Below are positions 54,785 to 63,742 of a stretch of 64,000 nt of DNA, piece after piece. Location: assembly GCA_964446935.1 (NCBI GenBank), contig CAYUQI010000005.1:757-64756 (forward strand). Reading direction: 5' to 3'. Under the pieces are notes generated by a model. It saw nothing but the letters and a program-made list of their open reading frames with translations. It made no database searches and had not been told where the DNA came from. Origin of the DNA: an uncultured Pseudomonadota bacterium. Lineage in GTDB: Bacteria > Babelota > Babeliae > Babelales > RVW-14. The first letter of the stretch is position 1. Each line of letters begins with the position of its first letter. The translations under genes were made by a program, and so were the position numbers.

Positions 54785-55312
54785 ATGAATAAATCATTGG
54801 TTGTCGTATCGTTTGAGTTGTTTTTGTTGGTAGCGCCAGCATTCTTATTGGGAGCACTTAAACATCCTGAAAAAAAACGTGATGATGGGGCAGTAGGCTT
54901 TGATTATCAAGACAAAGATCACTCTAAGGACTTGACGGTGATCGGTGTAAAAGGGAAAGCACTTGCAAGCCTACGATATACCATTATCGTGGATCCAAAT
55001 CCATTAGCTCAGCCAGAGGTTGAGCTAAGCAATAACTATCCTTCTGATACGTATTTTTCCCACCTCAAAGATGAAAAGCTTGTACAAATACAACTTGGGG
55101 CTGGTAGAAAAAAAGCTACTTTTTTTCTGGATAAAAAATATCGGGAATATAAAGGTTTTAAATTTGATGCAGCATTAAAAAAAGATGAAAAGACCTTAAC
55201 GATTAAAGTATACACCAAAAGGAATGGGGGAGAGGAAAATAAGGGGTGGAAGCTTATAAAAAAAATAAAAGCAGATAAAGATCTTTTGATTGTTTTTGAA
55301 TTTGAAAAATAA
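54785..55312 (+). CDS. hypothetical secreted Lys-rich protein
   Basis: 175 aa with a GGGGGAG RBS and a hydrophobic N-terminus LVVVSFELFLLVAPAFLLGA. The mature part is beta-looking and lysine-rich. No family recognised. Confidence 0.5.
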   Translation: MNKSLVVVSFELFLLVAPAFLLGALKHPEKKRDDGAVGFDYQDKDHSKDLTVIGVKGKALASLRYTIIVDPNPLAQPEVELSNNYPSDTYFSHLKDEKLVQIQLGAGRKKATFFLDKKYREYKGFKFDAALKKDEKTLTIKVYTKRNGGEENKGWKLIKKIKADKDLLIVFEFEK

Positions 55313-55357
55313 AAAAGAGCGCGGTTGACTGCAATCGACCGCGCTCTTTTTTATTTT
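55311..55357. terminator. bidirectional rho-independent terminator
   Basis: The GC-rich stem AGAGCGCGGT / ACCGCGCTCT (55317-55346) has an A-run on the left and a T-run on the right. It sits between the convergent genes at 54785-55312 and frr. Confidence 0.8.
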
Positions 55358-55362
55358 ACGTC

Positions 55363-55947
55363 TTAAATATGGCTAATTTCTGCTTCTTTTTTCTTGTGTA
55401 ACTGATCAACTTTTTCAATGAATTGATCGGTTGTTTTTTGCAATACTTCTACCAAGCGTTTGGCGAAGTCTTCAGAAATAATCTTTTTCTTTTCAGCATC
55501 TCGTAATTCGTTATGAAAATCTTTGCGTACATTGCGCATAGATACTTTGCATTCTTCTGTTTTTTTGCCAAGGAGCTTGATGAGTTCATCGCGTCGCGAT
55601 GTACTCATTTGTGGAAGTTGAATGCGTATGAACGTGCCATCATTAATTGGGGAGGCTCCCAAATCAGATGACTGAACAGCCTTTTCAATTTCACCGATAA
55701 TTGTTTTATCCCATGGTTGTATAGTTAATAACCGTGGCTCTGGGGCTCCCAATGTTGCGAGTTCTTTGAGCGTCATCAGTTGGCCGTAAACATCAACTTT
55801 AATGTTTTCAAGCAGTGTTATAGAAGCTCGTCCCGTACGGATGGAAGCGAGTTCTTTTTCATAATGTTTTAATGGTTTGTCCATGTATTCTTTGAGCGGT
55901 GTTTCAAAACTTTTTGAATCACCTTCTCTAAATGCTATTTCAATCAT
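55363..55947 (-). CDS. frr: ribosome recycling factor
   Basis: 194 aa: LKHYEKELASIRTGRASITLLENIKVDVYG ... IRIQLPQMSTSRRDELIKL ... RNVRKD. Canonical RRF. Confidence 0.93.
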   Translation of the reverse strand: MIEIAFREGDSKSFETPLKEYMDKPLKHYEKELASIRTGRASITLLENIKVDVYGQLMTLKELATLGAPEPRLLTIQPWDKTIIGEIEKAVQSSDLGASPINDGTFIRIQLPQMSTSRRDELIKLLGKKTEECKVSMRNVRKDFHNELRDAEKKKIISEDFAKRLVEVLQKTTDQFIEKVDQLHKKKEAEISHI

Positions 55948-55962
55948 GCCTTATCCCTTTGG

Positions 55963-56646
55963 TTATTGAATTGTACTTCCAAAGTCAGCGTTTCCTGCTG
56001 CCTTACGAAGAGCTTCTGGGGTATTCATATTAAATACACGTATGGGTAAAGAATGTTGTTGTGCGAGTGCAAGTGCTGTTCCATCAAGAATCTTGAGCGA
56101 ACGTGACAACGCTTCGGCGTGGCTTATTTGTTTGATAAGTTTTGCTGCTTTGTTATGAGCAGGATCCTCATCATAGACCCCATCGACATTGGTTGCTTTC
56201 CATACCTCTTTTGCTTCTACTTGCAATCCTCGTATGATCGCAGCAGTATCCGTGCTAAAAAATGGATTGCCTGTACCGCCAACAAATATGATGAGCGCTC
56301 CTTGTTGTTTGGCTTGTGTTATGAGTGCTTGATCAATGCGTGCAACAATGCCAGGAATATCGTATGAACTGAGCATTATGAATGGTAATCCTTCTTGCTC
56401 TGCATAATCACGAAGGATGATGCCGTTCATGATGGTGGCTAGCATTCCTACTGTATCAGCTGACCCCTGTTGCAAACCAAGTTGCTTGCCCTCTTTGGCA
56501 CCACGAAAAAAGTTACCGCCGCCGATGACAATGTTAAATTGGTGCGTTGCTTTAAGTTGTTTGATTTGCTGCATAATACTACGAGCGAGCGTTGCATTGT
56601 TGTTTGCGAGTATTTCACCGCTCAACTTGAGTAAAACAGTCTTCAT
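55963..56646 (-). CDS. pyrH: UMP kinase
   Basis: 227 aa: LLKLSGEIL, VIGGGNFFRG, FVGGTGNPFFSTDTAA, VDGVYDEDP. Confidence 0.93.
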   Translation of the reverse strand: MKTVLLKLSGEILANNNATLARSIMQQIKQLKATHQFNIVIGGGNFFRGAKEGKQLGLQQGSADTVGMLATIMNGIILRDYAEQEGLPFIMLSSYDIPGIVARIDQALITQAKQQGALIIFVGGTGNPFFSTDTAAIIRGLQVEAKEVWKATNVDGVYDEDPAHNKAAKLIKQISHAEALSRSLKILDGTALALAQQHSLPIRVFNMNTPEALRKAAGNADFGSTIQ

Positions 56647-56669
56647 TATACCAGTCCTATCTGCATGTA

Positions 56670-57551
56670 TTAACGTCCAATGGCAAATCGTTTGAATTGT
56701 TTGATGGTAATACCAAGCCCAAGCTTTTTAGATGCTTCGGCTATATATTGTTGCACATTGATTTTGTCATTTTTAATAAATGGTTGGTTGAGCAAACATG
56801 CATCTTGGTAGAACTTGTTCAATTTGCCTTCAATGATTTTATCAATAACATTGGCAGGCTTATTGCTATCCTTTAGCTGTTCTTTAGCTAGGTCACGTTC
56901 TTTTTGAATGGCTGCAGGATCAATATCTTGTGGTCCAACACCCAGTGGATTGGTGACGGCAATTTGCATACAAATATCTTTAGCAATTGTCTTGAGTTCT
57001 TCACTGTGTGTTCCTGGTGCCTTGTCTGTTGCCAGTTCAATAACAATACCTAGTGTTGAGCCTGGATGAATGTAACTGTTAATTAAGCCATTGCCAGATA
57101 CCTGAAAACGAGCAATACGATTGATTTTGATGCTTTCACAAATTTTGGCAATCAAATCATCCAAATGTTGTTGCACGGTAATTTTTGGATTTTTATGGAG
57201 TGGTTGTTTGAGCAATGTTGCTACATCTGGTGGGTTGACTGAGGCAACATGTTCTGCAACGTCGGTAATGAAATGTTGCATGGCTTCTGTATTGGCGGCA
57301 AAATCGGTTTCACATGCTGTTTCAACCATTGCGCCAAGGATATTTTTGCTATCAATATAACTTTCAATGCGTCCATGGTTGGTGACATTTTCTGCGCGTT
57401 TTGCGGCAACAGCGGCACCTTTTTTACGAAGAATTTCAACGGCTTTTTCAAAATCACCGTTAGCTTCTTCAAGGGCCTTTTTACAATCCATCATACCAAC
57501 TTGTGTGCGATCGCGTAATTTTTTTACCATATCCATGCTGATAGTGCTCAT
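56670..57551 (-). CDS. tsf: translation elongation factor Ts
   Basis: 293 aa with an N-terminal UBA-like VKKLRDRTQVGMMDCKKALEEANGDFEKAVEILRKKG. It lies in a tsf-pyrH-frr array. Confidence 0.93.
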   Translation of the reverse strand: MSTISMDMVKKLRDRTQVGMMDCKKALEEANGDFEKAVEILRKKGAAVAAKRAENVTNHGRIESYIDSKNILGAMVETACETDFAANTEAMQHFITDVAEHVASVNPPDVATLLKQPLHKNPKITVQQHLDDLIAKICESIKINRIARFQVSGNGLINSYIHPGSTLGIVIELATDKAPGTHSEELKTIAKDICMQIAVTNPLGVGPQDIDPAAIQKERDLAKEQLKDSNKPANVIDKIIEGKLNKFYQDACLLNQPFIKNDKINVQQYIAEASKKLGLGITIKQFKRFAIGR

Positions 57552-57722
57552 GTATTACTCCTTCAGTGTTCGCACCTTCTGCGGCACTGCTTGGGATAGG
57601 CTTCGATATGATGCCTCCCTTTGTCAAGGCTTTGGTAGGGCGAACGGGTTTATATAAAGTTACAGGGATTAAGCCATAGTCTGCCAAAATTGCCCAATTT
57701 TACAACACTTAGCGACTAATCT

Positions 57723-57751
57723 TTGACAAAAAAGTAGTTAAAAAGTACGAT
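57723..57751 (+). promoter_or_regulatory. candidate sigma70-type promoter for rpmF-plsX
   Basis: TTGACA (57723-57728), a 17-nt spacer, then TACGAT (57746-57751), about 70 nt upstream of the rpmF ATG. This is sequence-pattern evidence only. Confidence 0.4.
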
Positions 57752-57822
57752 AATAAGCGTTTTTGAAAGAACTCTATAAGTTTTCAATTTGTAACATCGA
57801 ATTGGGTTTTCTAGGAGAAACT

Positions 57823-58110
57823 ATGCCAGTACCGAAGCGGAAATTATCGCGCAAACGACGAAATCAGCGATCTGCTAATAAAGGCATTAAGCCAAAAGCC
57901 ATTGCTGCATGTCAAACTTGCCAAGCTCCCGTAATGCCACATCAAGTATGTACCGAATGTGGATATTATAAAGGGACAAAGGTTATTCAAACCAAAACTG
58001 ATCGTATGTATAAACGTGGTCAAGCTCGTGAAGCTCGACAAGCTTCTCTTAAATCACAACAGCCCGCTCAAACTCCAGAGCAGGGCGGTTCTGAGCCACG
58101 TTCCGAGTAA
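57823..58110 (+). CDS. rpmF: 50S ribosomal protein L32 (zinc-ribbon type) with C-terminal extension
   Basis: Start moved to ATG 57823 (AGGAG upstream): MPVPKRKLSRKRRNQRSANKG. The ribbon is CQTC...CTECGYY. At 95 aa it carries an extra Q/A/R-rich tail. Confidence 0.9.
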   Translation: MPVPKRKLSRKRRNQRSANKGIKPKAIAACQTCQAPVMPHQVCTECGYYKGTKVIQTKTDRMYKRGQAREARQASLKSQQPAQTPEQGGSEPRSE

Positions 58111-58130
58111 GGATATTTATTTGAAATTAC

Positions 58131-58168
58131 AAAGCGCCGTTCCTCTTCAAATGAGTGGACGGCGCTTT
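58131..58168 (+). terminator. strong hairpin between rpmF and plsX (possible attenuator or weak terminator)
   Basis: AAAGCGCCGT (58131-58140) and ACGGCGCTTT (58159-58168) form a perfect 10-bp stem with an 18-nt loop. The downstream T-tract is poor (TTTAGCTTT). Confidence 0.35.
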
Positions 58169-58192
58169 AGCTTTGATGGGTAGCCAATAATC

Positions 58193-59104
58193 ATGATAGC
58201 TATTGATATTATGGGGGGCGATCATGCACCTGAGGCTGTTCTTGAGGGAGCGTTACGTGCGGCTCAACAATCGATTCCTCTCTTGTTGAGTGGGCCACAA
58301 CCTATGATCGAGCAATGGTTAACACAACATGATTCTGCTTGGCGATCATATGATATTGTCATTGCACATGCTCAGACATGTATAGCAATGGATGATGAGC
58401 CGGTTGCTGCTATTCGTAAAAATCCACAATCATCACTTGTTGTTGCTGTTACCAGTGTTGCACAGGGGCGTTGTAATGCTGTTATTTCTGCCGGTAATTC
58501 TGGTGCTTTAATGGCTGCTGCTTTGTTTTTAATTGGTCGCGAACAAGGAATTGACCGTCCTGCTATTGCCGGTTTGTTGCCATCAAAAAATGGACCGGTG
58601 GTTGGATTGGATCTTGGTGCTAATACCGAATGTCGTCCTCAACATTTACAACAATTTGCACACATGGGACATCGGTATGCACAGATTGCACTCAAATGCA
58701 CCAATCCTCGTATTGGATTGCTTTCAAATGGTCACGAGGAAGGTAAGGGATCTCAACTTGTTAAAGAAGCACATGTCTTGCTCAAACATGATTCATTAAA
58801 TTTTGTTGGCAATGTTGAACCTTATGGTATATTTGCTGGGAATGTTGACGTTGTTGTGTGTGATGGCTTTGCTGGTAACGTGCTGCTCAAAACGATGGAG
58901 GCCGTTAGTACTTTTATTATGCAAGCAGTTGGCCAACAGGCTGCGCACATGCTGCGTGATCGCTTGAGTTATGTGAAGTATGGTGGCGCATTGTTGCTTG
59001 GTGTTAAGCATCCGGTAATTGTGTGTCATGGGGCATCCAATGCAGATGCGATAGAACATGCAATTATATTTGCCAGGAAAATTACGAATAGAAAAGATAA
59101 TTAG
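58193..59104 (+). CDS. plsX: phosphate acyltransferase PlsX
   Basis: 303 aa: IAIDIMGGDHAP, ISAGNSGALMA, DGFAGNVLLK. It lies downstream of rpmF, a conserved pairing. Confidence 0.9.
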   Translation: MIAIDIMGGDHAPEAVLEGALRAAQQSIPLLLSGPQPMIEQWLTQHDSAWRSYDIVIAHAQTCIAMDDEPVAAIRKNPQSSLVVAVTSVAQGRCNAVISAGNSGALMAAALFLIGREQGIDRPAIAGLLPSKNGPVVGLDLGANTECRPQHLQQFAHMGHRYAQIALKCTNPRIGLLSNGHEEGKGSQLVKEAHVLLKHDSLNFVGNVEPYGIFAGNVDVVVCDGFAGNVLLKTMEAVSTFIMQAVGQQAAHMLRDRLSYVKYGGALLLGVKHPVIVCHGASNADAIEHAIIFARKITNRKDN

Positions 59105-59231
59105 GCGCGAATGCAAATAAAAGCTCTTTTTTGTTGTTTATGTACATTTTCTTTGTATCAAGTATAGTAGAAAAATAATGAATGTTAGTTTATTTTTTTT
59201 ATTGATAACGTTATAACTGAGGGAGAGAGTT

Positions 59232-59960
59232 ATGGATTTTTCCATCGCTAGAATTACTGAACGTTTTAATAAGTTCATTGAATATCTCGTGAATAACCGC
59301 AAGCAATTTTTTATAGGAATTGGCGGTATTATTGTTTTGACCTTGGGCATGATAGGGTATAGTTATTATCGTGAATGGTCAGAAGCATCTGCGCATAAAG
59401 CATTTATTGAAATGATGCGTTATTATGATGCGCCAGTAACGGGTAAAATGGTTGCAACTGAGAGTGTCATTGAATTTGCTTCTGAGGCAGAAAAATGGGC
59501 CAAGGTGGCGGAAGTCTGTAAGACAACCTACAACCAGCATCGTGGTTCTGATATGGCTAGTATGTTTCAAGCGTATCAAGCACAAGCGTTAGCGTCACAG
59601 GGCAACATTGATGAAGCTATTACTCTTTTGTCTTCAGCTGTTAACTCAATACCAAGCAAAGAAATGCGCGATTTTTATTCGTTAAAATTAACACTGATGA
59701 AGCTTGATAGCAGCAAGCCAGATGTGCAGCAAGCAGGCTTTGCTGAATTGAAAAAGATGGCAGAAAATACCGCAGCAATAACGCATGAAGCTGCATTGTA
59801 TTACCTTGGAAGTTATTTTTGGAATTTGAAAGATTTTAACCAAGCAAAAAATTATTGGCAGCAATTGATGGTCAAATATGGATTGAAAGAAGCAAAACAA
59901 CAATCCGGTTTTGGTGAACTCATCAAATCGCGGTTGAAATTAATTAGCCCAGAATGGTAG
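59232..59960 (+). CDS. membrane-anchored TPR-like protein (YfgM-like architecture)
   Basis: 242 aa with a short cytoplasmic N-terminus, one TM segment (FFIGIGGIIVLTLGMIGYSYY) and a helical-repeat domain. The architecture resembles E. coli YfgM. Sequence similarity was not verified. Confidence 0.4.
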   Translation: MDFSIARITERFNKFIEYLVNNRKQFFIGIGGIIVLTLGMIGYSYYREWSEASAHKAFIEMMRYYDAPVTGKMVATESVIEFASEAEKWAKVAEVCKTTYNQHRGSDMASMFQAYQAQALASQGNIDEAITLLSSAVNSIPSKEMRDFYSLKLTLMKLDSSKPDVQQAGFAELKKMAENTAAITHEAALYYLGSYFWNLKDFNQAKNYWQQLMVKYGLKEAKQQSGFGELIKSRLKLISPEW

Positions 59961-60044
59961 CTAAGTATCTTTTGGGGGGTGGCTTCGAGAGAGAATAATG
60001 GATGGTTGTTACAACAAAATGGATGGTTATAACTGAGGAGTTTC

Positions 60045-61145
60045 ATGAAAATTGGTATGATTTTTCCAGGACAAGGATCTCAATCTCTTGGGATGGGAAA
60101 AGATATTTATGATCGTGAACGTATTGTTCAAGAATATTTTGAAGAAGCATCCAACTGCTTAGATCAAAATTTTGTTCGCCTTTGTTTTGCTTCTTCAGAA
60201 CGCGAGCTCAAAGAGACGGTCAACGCCCAAACGTCAATTTTTTTATTAAGCGCTTCATTTTATACACTGCTTAAAGAAAAGTATGGCATTGTTCCTCATG
60301 TAGTTGCCGGTCATAGCTCTGGTGAATATGCAGCTATTTTTGCTGCTGGCGGAATGACATTCCCTGATGCAATTTATCTTCTCAAAAAACGTTCCTTGTT
60401 TATGGAAGAAGCAACTAAAACATATCCTGGCACCATGATGGCTGTTATGAGTATGTCTCACGATGCATTGACTGCCATTTGTCAGAAATATGATGAGCCT
60501 GAAGATATACAACGGGTTGCGGAAATTGTTAACTATAATGCGCCAGAGCAACTTGTTGTTTCTGGTACCGTTTCTGAACTTGAAGCTGTTGCGCGTGATG
60601 TAAAAGCTGCTGGGGGCAAGGTTATTATGCTTAATGTTGCCGGAGCCTTCCATTCACGATTAATGCAAGAAGCAGAAAAACAATTTGGCCTTTATATGGT
60701 CAAGGTTGATTTTAAAGATCTTGAAGTTTATTTAGTTAACAATACACAAGCTCGTATTGTTACCAAAAATCATGAAATTAAAGATTCTCTTATTAAACAA
60801 ATGAGTTCGCATGTTTTGTGGTGGCCATCGATGCAATACTTCAAAGAATGTGACGTTATCATTGAAGTTGGTCCTGGAAACAAATTGTCCAAGACACTCA
60901 AACGCGAATGGCCTGAAAAACAAATTTTTGCTCTTAACACACCGGCAGACCTTGAGCGAATTCTTGCCTTTTTTGGTAAGGAGGTTGAAAAGACCGAACT
61001 TGCTCATGATTTAGAAATAGCCAAGGAAGAGAAGGCTGCAGAGGCCCAAGAAGATAAGGTCGTTGCGGCTCAGGTAGTGTCAGAAGAGTCAGCGGTTGTA
61101 CCACAGGGTAACGACGAAAAACCTTTGGATCAGGAACCAACATAG
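60045..61145 (+). CDS. fabD: malonyl-CoA:ACP transacylase with acidic C-terminal extension
   Basis: 366 aa: FPGQGSQSLGMG, active site GHSSGEYAA, and VAGAFHS. The last roughly 55 aa are E/A/K-rich and lie outside the usual FabD fold. Confidence 0.9.
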   Translation: MKIGMIFPGQGSQSLGMGKDIYDRERIVQEYFEEASNCLDQNFVRLCFASSERELKETVNAQTSIFLLSASFYTLLKEKYGIVPHVVAGHSSGEYAAIFAAGGMTFPDAIYLLKKRSLFMEEATKTYPGTMMAVMSMSHDALTAICQKYDEPEDIQRVAEIVNYNAPEQLVVSGTVSELEAVARDVKAAGGKVIMLNVAGAFHSRLMQEAEKQFGLYMVKVDFKDLEVYLVNNTQARIVTKNHEIKDSLIKQMSSHVLWWPSMQYFKECDVIIEVGPGNKLSKTLKREWPEKQIFALNTPADLERILAFFGKEVEKTELAHDLEIAKEEKAAEAQEDKVVAAQVVSEESAVVPQGNDEKPLDQEPT

Positions 61146-61256
61146 ATCCTGACCGTTCGTGGGTGAGGAATTCATTGGGACGTCTCGAAACCATGAACGG
61201 CATATTAAACGAGAACTTTAAACCGAAAAATAAAACGCTCATAACAAAGGATTGAA

Positions 61257-61994
61257 ATGCAACACCGTAACGTTATTGTTACGGGGGGGCTTGGGGGCAT
61301 TGGTCAATCAATCGTTCAAACACTCGCTGCGCGGGGTGATCGGATTTTTATCATTGATTATGTTACAGCAGCTGATCCGCGCGTTGTGTCTGTTGTTAGT
61401 AATCAAAATATTTCTTATATTCAAGCTGATCTTGCGTCGAGTCAATCAGTTAAAACTGGCTTTGATCAGCTTTTTTCTTTGCTCGATCAGCAGCAATCAT
61501 CATCATTAGATATTTTAATCAATAATGCCGGCGTTACTGCCGATACCCTTGCGTTACGCATGACCGAGGAGGCATGGGATCGTGTTCTTGATATCAATCT
61601 CAAGGGGGCCTTTTTATGCTGTCAGCAAGCGCTTAAACGTATGGTTAAGGCTCCTGCCAGTTACATCATTAACATGAGTTCGATTGTTGGTATTCGTGGC
61701 AATGCAGGGCAGGCAAACTATGCAGCCAGTAAGGCTGGGCTTATTGCTTTGACTAAGTCATTGGCGCAGGAGTATGCAAGTCGCAATGTGTTGGTCAATG
61801 CCATTGCTCCTGGTTTTATCCAAACCCCAATGACCGATATGTTGCCTGAACTTGTTAAGCAGAAGGCTCTTGAATACATTCCCCTCAAGCGCTTTGGGAC
61901 CCCGGCCGACGTGGCACATCTGGTTGCCTTTTTGACCTCTGGGGCTGCCAATTATATAACTGGACAGGTTATTGAAGTTACTGGTGGTATGTAG
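61257..61994 (+). CDS. fabG: 3-oxoacyl-ACP reductase
   Basis: 245 aa SDR: [19 protein letters not shown]...YAASKAG, and FIQTPM. Confidence 0.93.
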   Translation: MQHRNVIVTGGLGGIGQSIVQTLAARGDRIFIIDYVTAADPRVVSVVSNQNISYIQADLASSQSVKTGFDQLFSLLDQQQSSSLDILINNAGVTADTLALRMTEEAWDRVLDINLKGAFLCCQQALKRMVKAPASYIINMSSIVGIRGNAGQANYAASKAGLIALTKSLAQEYASRNVLVNAIAPGFIQTPMTDMLPELVKQKALEYIPLKRFGTPADVAHLVAFLTSGAANYITGQVIEVTGGM

Positions 61995-62059
61995 CAAATT
62001 TTTTAAAATCGGCTATCATAAAAAGCCTTATATTTGTTTTTTTAATAGGAGATTTCCCT

Positions 62060-62308
62060 ATGGCATTTAACAAAGAAGAAACCAAACAAAAAGTTGTTGC
62101 AATTATTGCTGAAAAATTAAGTATGCCAGCAGAAAATATTACCATCGAATCAACCTTCAAAGATCTTGGGGCGGATTCACTTGATGTCGTTGAAATTATT
62201 ATGAGTTTTGAAGAAACCTTTGGCATCGAAATTAAAGATGAAGATGCTGAAAAAATCAAAACCATCGGACAGGCTATTGACCTCATTCATGCTTCACGAA
62301 CGAAGTAA
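62060..62308 (+). CDS. acpP: acyl carrier protein
   Basis: 82 aa with [14 protein letters not shown], the phosphopantetheine Ser motif. Confidence 0.95.
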   Translation: MAFNKEETKQKVVAIIAEKLSMPAENITIESTFKDLGADSLDVVEIIMSFEETFGIEIKDEDAEKIKTIGQAIDLIHASRTK

Positions 62309-63577
62309 ATGAAACATCGTGTTGTTATTACCGGGCTTGGTCTCATAACTCCTTTGGGTAACGATGTTTCGACAACGTGGAACGGCTTGCTCCAGGGGCG
62401 ATCAGGTATTTCTGTACTTCCTGAATCTTTTGGCCTTCAAGATTATATGGTCAAAGTTGGTGGTTATGTTCGTGGTGAACAGGAATTTCTTGCTGCTGTG
62501 TTGCCCGCAAAATTCCACACAAAAACAGATCGATTTATTCATTTTGCCCTTATTGCTGGTCATCAAGCTATGACTGATGCCGGCTTTTCCCAAACAAATC
62601 CTGAACAACGTGATCGCTTTGGCGTGTATATGGGGGTTGGGCTTGGTGGTTTGCATTCCATTAGCGAAGCGGTCGTTGATTGGCAAAAATCAGGGCTTAA
62701 GCGTATTTCTCCTTTTGCCATCCCCAAAACAATTAGTAATCTAGCCCCTGCATGGCTTTCAATGCAGTGGAATCTGCAAGGGCCTCATACCGCTTTTACC
62801 AATGCATGCGCTTCAAGCGCCGATGCTATTGGTATGGCGTTTCGTTTAATACGTGATGGATATGTTGATTATATGCTTGCAGGAGGAACTGAAGGGTGTC
62901 TAACGCCTTTGGGCATTGCTGGTTTTGGTAATATGCGGGCGTTGTCAGCATGGAACGGCGACCCTGCGCAAGCAAGTCGCCCTTTTGATAAAAACAGGAC
63001 AGGTTTTGTACTTGCTGAAGGAGCTGGGGTACTTGTGTTGGAACGCATGGAATCAGCCATAAAACGCGGGACTCACATCTATGCTGAAATCGTTGGCTAT
63101 GGAGCAACCTCTGATGCTTATCACGTGACTGCAATGCATCCTGATGCTCGTGGTGCTGCACTGGCGATGGAACATGCTATGACTGATGCCGGCATTGATC
63201 GAACTGATATTGGTTATATCAATGCACACGGTACTGGGACGCCTATGAATGATGCGCTCGAAACCGTAGCGCTTAAAAAGGTTTTTGGTTCACATAGTGA
63301 TCCATCAAAGCAGGATCATGTGCTGGTGAGTAGTACCAAATCAATGACCGGGCACTTGTTGGGTGCTGCTGGAGGATTAGAAGCCGCAATCACGGCTCTT
63401 ACATTGCATCATCAGTGTGTTCCTCCAACGATTAATCTCAGTGATCCTGACCCTGCCTGCGATCTTGACTACGTTCCACACAAAGCACGACATGCGTCAG
63501 TAAACTATGCCTTATCAAATTCATTTGGTTTTGGCGGGGGTAATTCGGTGTTGGCATTTAAGCGATGGATTAAGTAA
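62309..63577 (+). CDS. fabF: 3-oxoacyl-ACP synthase II
   Basis: 422 aa: RVVITGLGLITPLGN, active-site NACASSADAIG, INAHGTGTP, SMTGHLLGAAG and NSFGFGGGN. Confidence 0.95.
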   Translation: MKHRVVITGLGLITPLGNDVSTTWNGLLQGRSGISVLPESFGLQDYMVKVGGYVRGEQEFLAAVLPAKFHTKTDRFIHFALIAGHQAMTDAGFSQTNPEQRDRFGVYMGVGLGGLHSISEAVVDWQKSGLKRISPFAIPKTISNLAPAWLSMQWNLQGPHTAFTNACASSADAIGMAFRLIRDGYVDYMLAGGTEGCLTPLGIAGFGNMRALSAWNGDPAQASRPFDKNRTGFVLAEGAGVLVLERMESAIKRGTHIYAEIVGYGATSDAYHVTAMHPDARGAALAMEHAMTDAGIDRTDIGYINAHGTGTPMNDALETVALKKVFGSHSDPSKQDHVLVSSTKSMTGHLLGAAGGLEAAITALTLHHQCVPPTINLSDPDPACDLDYVPHKARHASVNYALSNSFGFGGGNSVLAFKRWIK

Positions 63578-63608
63578 TTCCAGAAAAAACAGGGTGATAA
63601 CGTTCTTT

Positions 63609-63634
63609 GTCATCCTGAATTTATTTCAGGATCC
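63609..63634. repeat. dispersed palindromic intergenic repeat, copy 3 (single unit)
   Basis: GTCATCCTGAA-TTTAT-TTCAGGATCC. The arms match the second unit and the loop matches the first unit of copies 1 and 2. It forms an 8-bp hairpin. Confidence 0.75.
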
Positions 63635-63673
63635 ATAAAAAAATTGAACCCACTTGCGTTAACAAGTGGGTTC
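63635..63673 (-). terminator. rho-independent terminator for the minus-strand gene at the window end (may also stop fabF)
   Basis: Stem GAACCCACTTG / CAAGTGGGTTC (63646-63673). An A7 run at 63637-63643 becomes a T-run on the minus-strand transcript. The plus-strand side has only TTCTTT. Confidence 0.7.
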
Positions 63674-63742
63674 TTTGGGTGCCCTTGGTGACCCCATAGA
63701 TTGGGGTTTGGATGGGTTGGGTGTTGAGAGAGAATTTATTGT

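Noticed and set aside
57552-57700. GC-richer ~150-nt leader upstream of tsf, examined for an r-protein or S2-type regulatory structure or promoter
   Set aside because: I found only 4-5 bp stems. A TTGACA word on the minus strand has no acceptable -10 at 16-18 nt spacing. I could not recognise a known leader motif.
60255-60653. 132-aa minus-strand ORF antisense to fabD
   Set aside because: It is a shadow ORF inside fabD.
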